A stretch of 64,000 bases of DNA, taken from NCBI GenBank assembly GCA_030390025.1, contig CM059431.1:116686001-116750000 (forward strand), written 5' to 3'. This document shows positions 26,058 through 36,480 of the stretch, piece by piece. The stretch is from Squalus acanthias (Eukaryota). A model generated the notes under the pieces. It was not told where the DNA came from. It worked only from the letters and a program-made list of their open reading frames with translations, and ran no database searches. A program made the position numbers and the translations under genes. The number at the start of each line of letters is the position of its first letter. Position 1 is the stretch's first letter.

Positions 26058-26647
26058 GGCCGGAATTTCCTCCAGCTTCCTCTGAGGTGGGTGGGAAACC
26101 CGGGAGGTCGGGTTTCCCCACAGGCCCTGCCGACTTTAACGGCAGGGCCTGATTTGAATGTGAAGCTTCGGATTCCCGCCCGCAGCCAGCCAGATTGAGA
26201 GGCTGGCTGGCTGCGGGCGGGTAGGCCTGCAGATGCAGAGAGAGAGGGAGGGTTTGGTCCAGGGGGAGGGATCATGGGAGGGGCGGATCGGGAGAGGGGA
26301 GAGAGGATCGGTGGGAGGGTGGTTAGAGGATAGGTAGGGGATCGGGGATTGGGGGGGGTCGGGGATCGGGTGGGGGCGGCCGGGGATCACGAATTGTGTG
26401 AAATCAATCCACATGCAGTTAAAAAGAAAATGGAGGGGAAAAAAGAGGCTTCCAGCCTCATTATAATATTTAAATTAACGTTCCGCCCCCTGGGAGCAGG
26501 TTGGACGCTTGCCCCCCAATCCCACCTCCGGTAAAACCGGAAGTGGGCAGGTTGGAGGCGGGATCAGGTCGGAAATCCTATTTTTAAACAATTTAACTGC
26601 CCCCATGCTCCAAACTCACCCTTTTTTTAAATGGGAAGATTCCGGCC
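26058..26647. mobile_element. Harbinger-derived MITE, family B
   Basis: TIR GGCCGGAATTTCC / GGAAGATTCCGGCC; CAGCCTCATTATAATATTTAAAT shared with about 47270 and, more loosely, 56440. Confidence 0.7.
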
Positions 26648-27390
26648 AAATCTTTCGGAATTCTATAGTTACTATGGTAGACAGCACGGACAGGAAACTG
26701 TAATATATGAATACATAGTTATGGCTAGTAGACTCATCCACATTCATCCCAGACTGTGCAATGTGATTAGCCCATCCTCTAATGATGATAGAAAACGGAT
26801 GCCCTTCTTTTAAATTAAGATCCGTGAAGTTCAGATCCAAAGCTCAGGAGCTCAGCATGGAGGCAAACTGGCCTCCACTGCCACTACTACTTATTCCTCC
26901 ACATTTATGCTCTTATGTATCACCCAGTGCACCCTCCTATAACTCACGATCAGTCCATCCTGTATTAGGACAACTTGCTGTGTGAAGCCTTTTTAAGATG
27001 CCAATATGACCAGAGTATCAGTGGTAAGTTGAAGCTTGAATTTGTGCCATGCTGTCGATTTTGTGGCATGGTAACCCAGGGGCAGCTACTTGGCATAGGA
27101 AACATTTGGGCATTCTGACCTTAGTAGCTATCCTGAAGTTGGCCGTCTTCCTCCTTGGCAATCATGTCCTCTGGGCATTGTAAGCTATCTCCTACCTGGC
27201 ATTTTTTCTGGGGAGGCTGTTCTTGAGTACCAAACAAGGCAGCCTTCTTTTGTTTCATGTAATACAGTATCGACACAAGTTAGCAAGGCTATAAAAAAAG
27301 CATGATGTGGAGATGCCGGTGTTGGACTGGGGTGGACAAATGTGAGAAGTCGCACAACACCAGGTTATAGTCCAACAGCTTTATTTGAAA

Positions 27391-27427
27391 TCACAAGCTT
27401 TCGGAGCGCTGCTCCTTCGTCAGGTGA
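27391..27427 (-). ncRNA. Hammerhead ribozyme motif, PLE2 inverted pLTR (intact core)
   Basis: Reverse complement reads tcac-CTGACGA-a-GGAGC agc GCTCC-GAAA-GC-TT-gtga. Confidence 0.82.
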
Positions 27428-28237
27428 AGTGAAGAGATGCATATAGGCACAGCATATATAGTCAGAGAACACTGCCAGATGATTACAGTTAATCTTTCTA
27501 ACTGCCCTTTATCACACCTCGGCAGAGAGATAATCACAGCAATCCAAGGTGTGGATGGTGTCGAAACAGGTCAGTCAGGAAAACATTACATCAAAGACAA
27601 TGAGGTGGGGTCACAAGGGGTCAATTGTGGCAGATGCTGGGGTCTGTGTGGAAAACAAAAAACAGTTTTTGCTGGAAATCACAGCAGGTCCGGCCGCATC
27701 TGTGTAGAGAGAACAAGCCAACGACGACTCGAGTCTGGATGACTCTACGTCAGGTGGGGTTACATGTAGCGTGACATGAACCCAAGATCCCGGTTGAGGC
27801 CGTCCTCATGGGTGCGGAACTTGGCTATCAGTTTCTGCTCGATGAATTTGCGTTGTCGTGTGTCTTGAAGGCCGCCTTGGAGAACGCTTACCCGAAGATC
27901 GGAGGCTGAATGTCCTTGACTGCTGAAGTGTTCCCCGACTGGGAGGGAACACTCCTGCCTGGCGATTGTTGTGCGGTGTCCGTTCATACGTTGTCGCAGT
28001 GTCTGCATGGTCTCGCCGATGTACCATGCTCCGGGGCATCCTTTCCTGCAACCTATCAGGTAGACAACGTTGGCCGAGTCACATGAGTATGTACCATGTA
28101 CCTGGTGGGTGGTGTCCTCACATGTGATGATGGTATCTGTGTTGATGATCTGGCATGTCTTGCAGAGGTTGCCGTGGCAGGGTTGTGTGGTGTCGTGGTC
28201 GCTGTTCTCCTGAAAGCTGGGTAATTTGCTGCGAACT

Positions 28238-28274
28238 TCACCTGACGAAGGAGCAGCGCTCCGAAAGCTTGTGA
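28238..28274 (+). ncRNA. Hammerhead ribozyme motif at the 5' end of forward PLE2 (intact core)
   Basis: tcac-CTGACGA-a-GGAGC agc GCTCC-GAAA-GC-TT-gtga. Confidence 0.82.
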
Positions 28275-28361
28275 TTTCAAATAAAGCTGTTGGACTATAA
28301 CCTGGTGTTGTGTGACTTCTCACATTTGTCCATCCCAGTCCAACACCGGCATCTCCACATC

Positions 28362-31037
28362 ATGGCTACTATCGACACCACAAACTGCCGGCTCAAAGTG
28401 GAGAGGATCTCCAAGAAGATTGCGCATATCGACACAGACATCAAGTTTCTACAGAGATGCAAGAAAGCAGACAAGATCCCGAAAGGGCTACAGATCACGA
28501 ACCCACTCAAGTCGACATACAACACAGACTACGCTGAGAGACTCTGCCGTCGTACCTCTCGCACACTCCTCAACCATCTCGTACACCAGCTCTACAGCAG
28601 ACGCCGCAACCTCGAAACCAAGATAGAGTCCATGTTCTCAGCCTGTGCTCAGGACACAGCAGACCAGCTATGAGACACCACCAAACAGACGAGGCAACGG
28701 AACTATGCTACCTGCATGCACACCAAGAACAGGAAGCTTGAGAAATTCGGCATCACCACCAGCAGCAACCAAGCCTCTCCCGGTACCATGGTTGCAACCA
28801 CAGGGAAGTCCATCATCAACTTGTCCGACCACACCCTTCAACTAAACAAAATCGAAGTTCTCAGCTGAGGGCTCAATTTCTGTCCCACCACCAAAATGGA
28901 CCCCGTCGGTCTCGCGGCAGACACAGAGGAATTCATCTGGAGAATGAGGCTCCGGGAATTTTTCCACGAATCCCAAGATGTCAGCAGCGAACCCAATGAG
29001 ACAATCAATGATCCGGAACAGCAGACAGAGGGACCCGCAGTGCAGCAACCGAAGAAGAAAGAGTCAAATTGGACCCCTCCGGAGGGTTACTGGCCTGAGC
29101 TTGACATGTATGCTCAAGCTGTCAGGAGATGCATCAACGCCAGATTCATCAGCCGCACTCACAAGACTGTCCAGAATGTCACCCGAGCACAACGCAACGC
29201 CATCCACGCTCTCAAGACCAACCGCAACATCGTCATCAAACCAGCGGACAAAGGAGGAGCCATCATCATACAGAACAGAATGGACTATTGCAAAGAAGCA
29301 TACCGACAACTGGACAACCAGGAACACTACAGACAGTTACCCACAGATCCGACCATAGAACACACCCGCCAACTGAATAGACTGATCAAGACCTTCGATC
29401 CAGTCCTTCAAAGCATCCTACGTGCTCTCATCCCACGTACTCACCGCGTGGGAGACTTCTACTGCCTCCCAAAGATACACAAAGCCAACACACCCAGACG
29501 TCCTATTGTATCAGGCAACGGAACCCTGTGTGAGAACCTCTCTGGATACGTCAAGGGCATCCTGAAACCCATCGTACAGGGAACCCCCAGCTTCTGTCGC
29601 GACACTACAGACTTCTTACAGAAACTCAGCACCCACGGACCAGTTGAACCAGGAACACTCCTCGCCACGATGGACGTCTCGGCACTGTACACCAGTATCC
29701 CCCACAATGACAGCATCGCTGCGACAGCCTCAGTACTCAACACCAACAACAGCCAAACTCCAGATGCCATCCTACGACTCATCTGCTTCATCCTTGACCA
29801 CAATGTCTTCACCTTCAACAACCAGTTTTTTACCCAAACACACGGAACAGCCATGGGGACCAAATTCGCACCCCAATACACCAACATCTTCATGCACAAG
29901 TTCGAGCAAGACTTCTTCGCTGCACAGGACCTCCAACCAACGCTATACACCAGATACATTGACGACATTTTCTTCCTATGGACCCACGGTGAAGAATCAC
30001 TGAAAAGACTACACGATAACATCAACAAGTTCCATCCCATAATCAAACTCACCATGGACTACTCCTCAGAATCAGTTTCATTCTTGGACACACGAATCTC
30101 CATCAAAGATGGACACCTCAGCACTTCACTCTACCGCAAGCCCACGGACAACCTCACGATGCTCCACTTCTCCAGCTTCCACCCTAACCATGTTAAAGAA
30201 GCCATCCCCTATGGACAAGCCCTGTGAATACACAGGATCTGCTCAGACGAGGAGGAACGCGATAGACACCTACAGACGCTGAAAGATGCCCTCGTAAGAA
30301 CGGGATATGACGCTCGACTCGTCGATCGACAATTCCGACGGGCCACAGCGAAAAATCGCATAGACCTCCTCAGAAGACAAACACGGGACACAACCAACAG
30401 AGTACCCTACGTCGTCCAGTACTTCCCCGGAGCGGAGAAACTACGCAATGTTCTTTGCAGCCTTCAGCATGTCATCGATGACGACGAACACCTCGCTAAG
30501 GCCATCCCCACGCCTGCACTACTCGCCTTCAAACAGCCGCCTAACCTCAAACAGACCATCGTTCGCAGCAAATTACCCAGCTTTCAGGAGAACAGCGACC
30601 ACGACACCACACAACCCTGCCGCGGCAACCTCTGCAAGACATGCCAGATCATCAACACAGATACCATCATCACACGTGAGGACACCACCCACCAGGTACA
30701 TGGTACATACTCATGTGACTCGGCCAACGTTGTCTACCTCATACGTTGCAGGAAAGGATGCCCCGGAGCATGGTACATCGGCGAGACCATGCAGACACTG
30801 TGACAACGTATGAACGGACACCACGCAACAATCGCCAGGCAGGATTGTTACCTCCCAGTCGGGGAACACTTCAGCAGTCAAGGACATTCAGCCTCGGATC
30901 CGCGGGTTAGCGTTCTCCAAGGCGGCCTCCGAGACACACGACAACGCAAAATCGTCGAGCAGAAACTGATAGCCAAGTTCCGCACCCATGAGGACGGCCT
31001 CAACCGGGATCTTGGGTTCATGTCACGCTACATGTAA
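28362..31037 (+). pseudogene. PLE reverse transcriptase + GIY-YIG endonuclease (891 codons before the stop, one frame, 4 premature TGA)
   Basis: MATIDTT… start; INLS…GLNFCP; PADKGG; LATMDVSALYTSIPH; GTAMG; YTRYIDD; PCRGNLCKTC linker; VVYLIRC…WYIGET. Stops at 28671, 28866, 30225 and 30801. Confidence 0.93.
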
Positions 31038-31369
31038 CCCCACCTGACGTAGAGTCATCCAGACTCGAGTCGTCGTTGGCTTGTTCTCTCTACACAGATG
31101 TGGCCGGACCTGCTGTGATTTCCAGCAAAAACTGTTTTTTTGTTTTCCACACAGACCCCAGCATCTGCCACAATTGACCCCTTGTGACCCCACCTCATTG
31201 TCTTTGATGTAATGTTTTCCTGACTGACTTGTTTGGACACCATCCACACCTTGGATTGCCGTGATTATCTCTCTGCCGAGGTGTGATAAAGGGCAGTTAG
31301 AAAGATTAACTGTAATCACTGGCAGTGTTCTCTGACTATATATGCTGTGCCTATATCCATCTCTTCACT

Positions 31370-31406
31370 TCACCTGACGAAGGAGCAGCGCTCCGAAAGC
31401 CTGTGA
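31370..31406 (+). ncRNA. Hammerhead motif in PLE2 3' pLTR, U16.1 mutated (GAAAGCCTGTGA)
   Basis: Same as 28238-28274 apart from one T>C in the cleavage triplet. Confidence 0.7.
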
Positions 31407-33887
31407 CTTCAAATAAAGCTGTTGGACTATAACCTGGTGTTGTGCGACTTCTCACATAAAAAAAGCGAACCAAGAACTAGGGTTTATTTCTAGAGGATAG
31501 AACCTAAAAGTAGGGAGGTTATGCTAAACCTGTATCGAACCTTGGATAGACCACACTTAGAGTACTGCGTACAGTTCTGGTCACTGGAGAGGGTGCAGAG
31601 AAGATTTACAAGGATGATACCAGAAATGCAAGGGTATACATATCAGGAAAGGATGAATAAGCTGGGTCTCTTTTCTCTTGAAAAAAGAATGCTGTGGGGT
31701 GAACTAATAGAGGTCTTTAAAATTATGAAAGGTTTTGATAGAGTGGATACAGAGAGAATGTTTCCACTTGTGGGGAAGAGCATAATTGGAGGCCATCAAT
31801 ATAAGATAGTCACCAAGAAATCCAATAGGGAATTCAGAAGAAACTTCTTTACCCAGAGAGTGGTGAGAATGTGGAACTCGTGGTTGAAGCGAATAGTATA
31901 GAAGCATTTAAGGGGAGGCTAGTCAAGCATATGAGGGAGAAGGGAATAGAGGGTTATGCTGATAGATTTAGATGAGTAAAGACGGGAGGAGGCTCGTGTG
32001 GAGCATAAACGCCGGCATGGACTGGTTGGGCCGAATGGCCTGTTTTCGTGCCGTATATCCTATGTAATCCCATGTAGCATCTCCTAAAGAGCAGCATCCA
32101 TAGCTTCCGTTGCATGGTGATTGAAACCCTCCATTTTACTGCAGTTGTTTACCTTCAATTCTTGCTGGTCAGCTGAAACTGCAGCCTTTACATTGGTCAT
32201 TGCAGCTCTAAGTAGCTGTCAGCAAAGCAAGCACTACCATAGGCAGCCCATTGTGCTCAATATAAATAGGAAAAAAAAGTGCAAATGGTGGATTTTTAGG
32301 TGAGAATGGCTGTGTGAGCAAAGTTATTGAGATGCTTTCACATCGTGCCTCAATGGCAATTTATGAGATGGTCTAAATCGTGACAAATAACAATTGCAAG
32401 ACAACTGTCTGTTGTTCTGTAAAATAGTATTTTAAAAGCTTGCAATATTCTTGGAGGATTTCTCCAGTAATTTAAATATTGTAAATGACACTGTTTTCAA
32501 TGGTAGCCATACATCAGTGCCTCTGGTACCTTCCAACATAGGACTACTTTCTGAAAAATAAGGTTTGACAGCCCCCCGGTTGTTTGGACAGGAAGAAGGG
32601 CCAAATGATTCCCGCGTTATTTTCACCATAATGTTGTATGGGAATAATGACATGATATAATCAGCGTATAATCATCTTGTTGCATATTTGCAAAAGAACT
32701 CAAACTATATTTTGACAAATGCTTATGCTGAACTGGTCGCTTACATTAAAACTTTGTGACCTGTAATATCGGCCAAGGGCTTTCTGACAAAACCAAGAAA
32801 CGCAGACTCCAGAGACCCAACATCCTAATTTAATTTAAAATGACTAATGCAGCCTCTACACGGGAGAAAAACGGCTGAGGTAAAGGTTGACAGGAACAAT
32901 GTCCCCAGGTCTTCTTCCTGTAATGATAAGACTGCTGAGAAAACTCCAAGGAAAGGATAGTAGAATGCTCTAGTTCGAACTGCTCAAGGTCATCTGCTGA
33001 CACAGCACCTACTGCAGCTAGTAAACACTTGACTTAAAAATAATTAACACTTTGAGGAAAGCACTGTTCTGTGTTGGCTTTTAATGCATGTGGAAGGACT
33101 AGAGGTGCCTGCCCAAGTGCAGCTTCATGTGTTAGCTTCTGATGCAATAATATTTACCTAAATTGATGTTGTCCTTATATGTAATGTACAGCCCTGAAAA
33201 TGAAAGTGAATTACAAATGACCAGCCCTTGGGAGATGTGGGACATGAGTCTATCAAGGTAGTTCGAAGGTAACATACTCCATTCTTTTGGAAGGGGGTTG
33301 GCAGATCCCACTGCTTGTCTCATGACTAAAGAGATTAGCTCGTAATACTTACTGACACTTCAAAAAAATAAATAAGGAAGCACAGTGAAGGATAAGACCA
33401 ACAAAGATACTCATGGAATGGTCCTGGAGAGGACCCTTTCGCTGATGCCATCCTGGAATATTGCTATGTAGTGGCGATTAATATAAAGAATTGCTGGCTA
33501 CATAAAGAAGTCCAGTAAGTGAAGATAATTGAAAAAGAAGCCTGCAAAGTAAGGACAAGATACAGAGAGGCCAATTCCTGCCCACAGCACATTACAACTC
33601 AATTGAATTTGATTGACCATGGGGAGGGGGAATTGTGTTGCCATTATCTGAAAACAGAATTTATTTTGAAGGAAATGGTGTAATTGTTCCCTGTTGAATA
33701 TCTCCCCCCATAATATTCCTTAATAGTTAGCATTGTACAACTAAACTTCGATCTGGTTATGTTTTAACATTCAATTAAAGGGGCCATTTGAACCCCGCCT
33801 GCCCAGCGGAAACCAGGCGGGCAGACATTTAAAATTGCCGTGGGATTTATTCGCCAATCACCCACTCTTTTCCTTTAAGTTGCATAG

Positions 33888-34108
33888 AATCATAGAATAG
33901 TACAGCACAGAAGGAGGCCATTCGGTCCATCGAGTCTGTGCCGGCTCTTTAAAAGAGCAATCCAGTTAGTCCCACTCCCCCGCTCTTTCCCCATATCCCT
34001 GCAATTTTTCCTCCTTCAAGTATTTATCCAATTCCCTTTTGAAGGCTACTATTGAATCTGTATCCACCACCCTATCAGGCAGTGCATTCCAAATCCTAAC
34101 CACTCGTT
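33888..34108 (-). mobile_element. Short CR1 3' end inserted in a MITE-like element (about 33740-34470)
   Basis: CATAGAATCATAGAAT tail, GGAGGCCATTCGG.CCATCGAG, CR1 C-terminal coding remnant. Confidence 0.75.
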
Positions 34109-35379
34109 AATCCAATCTTCTGCTCAAGCAGGAAGGACAATGGCGGGTTTCTTCTTTAAATATGCAGATCGGATTCCAATGATGTAACCGGGCCCGACTG
34201 CTAATTTAACCATGGGCTTGTTCAAGGAAGCAGTTTTAGGTTTCTCACCAGGTCAGCCTAACAGTAAGAGGAGATGGAGCCAGAAGAGGCCCAAAGAAAT
34301 GAGTCATCAAAATAAAACTTTCCTTGTGGGGTCAGGAGGAGCAGGAGTACTCCTTCAGGCCCTACAAGGAAAGTTTATGCCTCCCCTGCCCTGGGCTCCC
34401 TCCCCTCCTCCCACGATCACGAGTCCCTCCCGAAACCCCCAACCCGTCTCCTAGCCGGGTTTAGTGTGCAGCCTACTGCTTGGGAAATCTTCTCCCTTGA
34501 GACACCCTTGACTACTTCATCCTAATAAAAAGTTAATTAGCGGGAGTCCACATAACAATACATACCTTCTACATACCAAGTGAGGACTCCCTCGTACTCC
34601 CAACAGCAAAATTCATCACACTTGCCTCATAATTGGAAGACATTGTGATCATTGATGGAGACTTAAACTGCACCTCTCCCCGTGGGAACATTTTGTAACG
34701 GACACAGAATGCTTAGGGAAAGCATTCAGAACAAGCCAAGGGCAAATCAACAGGTGGATGTATAGTGGATCTTATGGAAAATAGTAGAAATTGTGGCAAA
34801 AGCAAATATGTTTGTCTGTGATGTATCATATTATTGGCATTTTTCTTTCTGTCACAATACACCTAGAGTAGAAATTCTGGTTCATTTAGAAAAGGGCTCA
34901 ACTTTTTTTGATGCACAATATCTGCACAATTGGCATCATAGGCTGAATTCTCCTCGACAGCTGCATCACCATCTGACCTGGACCATCAGCCCGTGTTACC
35001 ACCGCTTCCCAGGGTCACCATGTGGAAGGTAGGCCCCCCGTAAATGATAGTAATGGCCCTGAGATCCACCAGTGTTTGGGAGAGTACCTTGTAGTGACAT
35101 CCTTGACCTGCAATCTGGCCCCCAGTAACTTAACTGGGTAGACGTTCGTCTTCAGAGTCCTTCTGCCCCTCTAAATGACCAGCCACCACTTCTGGTAGGC
35201 GGACTGAAACCACTTTAGTGAGATCAAGCCAGAGGTGAATCATTCAGCTGTGTTATGTCCCAGACAGAAAGTGAAGGTACAGGGTGATGTTTATAATCAA
35301 AACTCAATTACTTCACTTCATTTCAAACCCTTCTTCGTGAATAAGAAAAGTAACAAACCACACTACACTATCCCACATT

Positions 35380-35582
35380 ACAACAACAACAACCTACATT
35401 ATATAGTGTCTTTAACGTAGTAAAACATCCCAAGGCACTTCACAAGAGTGCTATCAAACAAAATGTGACACCGAGCCACATAAGGCGATATTTGGACAGG
35501 TGACCAAAAGCTTGATCAAAGAGGTAGGTTTTAAGGAGCATCTTGAAGGAGGAGAGGGAGGGAGAGAGGCAGAGAGGTTTAG
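35380..35582 (-). mobile_element. L2-like LINE 3' fragment
   Basis: (CAA)n tail followed by CATTATATAGTGTCTTT and AGGTAGGTTTTAAGGAGCATCTTGAAGGAGGAGAG, a pattern recalled for L2 3' ends. Confidence 0.55.
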
Positions 35583-36097
35583 TGGGTTACCTTAACTATT
35601 CCTGGTCTTCCTTTTCATTCTGATCAAGTGAGAGTTTAAGATGAACAAGTTTTCCCTTGCTAGGCCCAGCTCCCTTCCCAGACCTAACTGGATTAATTGA
35701 CACATGACCCTTTTTCCTTTTACTTCCTGTGTTCACAACAATGGGGAGGGACGTTCCCCTGACCTCTTCCCCATTTAGGGATTTGTAGGGATAACTTTTT
35801 TCTGTTTCCCCTCTCAAAACCTTTCCAGAATTTTGAACACTTGTTAAATCCCCCTTAACTTTTTCAACTCCAATAAATAAAGCACTGGTTTCACAAGTCG
35901 CTAATCATGACTATATCCTTCAATTATTGGTAGCGTCCGAGTGAATCAACATGACACCTTTTCCATGGATCCAACACTGCACTCAGCACTGTGACCTAAC
36001 AAACATCAATTCCTTGCTTTGTTATTCAATGGCCATGTGTAAGAAGCACACAATCTTTTGCACTTTTTCCACTGCAATCAAGCAGGGTTATTCTTAT

Positions 36098-36480
36098 ACA
36101 ATAGCAAAATACTGCGGATGCTGGAAATCCAAAATAACAACAGAAAATGCTGGAAAAACTCAACAGAGAGAGAAACAGAATGTAGAGCCATCCTTTGTTC
36201 CTTAACCTGTCCCATTACCACCTCCTCTTGCCTTTAATATCTCTTAATGTCTCTCAATGTCTCTTAATCTCTCCTGCTTTCTATCCTATCACTGGCCTTC
36301 CCTTTTGTTCTTTCATCCCCTCCCCCTTTTCCCAGCCCCTGAACTTGCTTTAAAATCTATTCCATTTCCTGCTTTTTTCCAGTTCTGACGAAAGTTCTTC
36401 GACCTGAAATGTTAACTCTGTTTCTCTCTCCACGGATGCTGCCTGGCCTGCTGAGTTTTACAGCGTTTTCTGTTGCTATT
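36098..36480 (+). mobile_element. Short PLE of a second family: inverted pLTR tip + forward pLTR, with hammerhead motif at about 36381-36416
   Basis: 15-bp TSD CAGGGTTATTCTTAT (36083 and 36481); ACAGAAAATGCTGGAAAAACTCA near the left end is inverted relative to TGAGTTTTACAGCGTTTTCTGT at the right end; agtt-CTGACGA…GAAA-TG-TT-aact. Confidence 0.8.

Larger units (their letters stand above)
27302..31455 (+). mobile_element. Full-length Penelope-like element PLE2 (Neptune-type): inverted partial copy 27302-28236, forward element 28235-31455
   Basis: TSD ATAAAAAAAGC at 27291-27301 and 31456-31466; about 850 bp inverted repeat; RT+GIY-YIG ORF. Confidence 0.95.
27265..32076 (+). mobile_element. 5'-truncated CR1 (27265-27301 and 31456-32076) that hosts PLE2
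   Basis: Joining across the insertion gives QVSKAIKKA|NQELGFISRG…LNLYRTLDRPHLEYC; the tail ends in CCTATGTAATCCCATGTA. Confidence 0.85.

Noticed and set aside
29459..30055. Long antisense and alternate-frame ORFs over the PLE and CR1 RT regions
   Set aside because: Shadow ORFs caused by codon bias of the real reading frame.
34560..34720. IVIIDGDLN, an APE-like motif
   Set aside because: Single short motif without other supporting domains.
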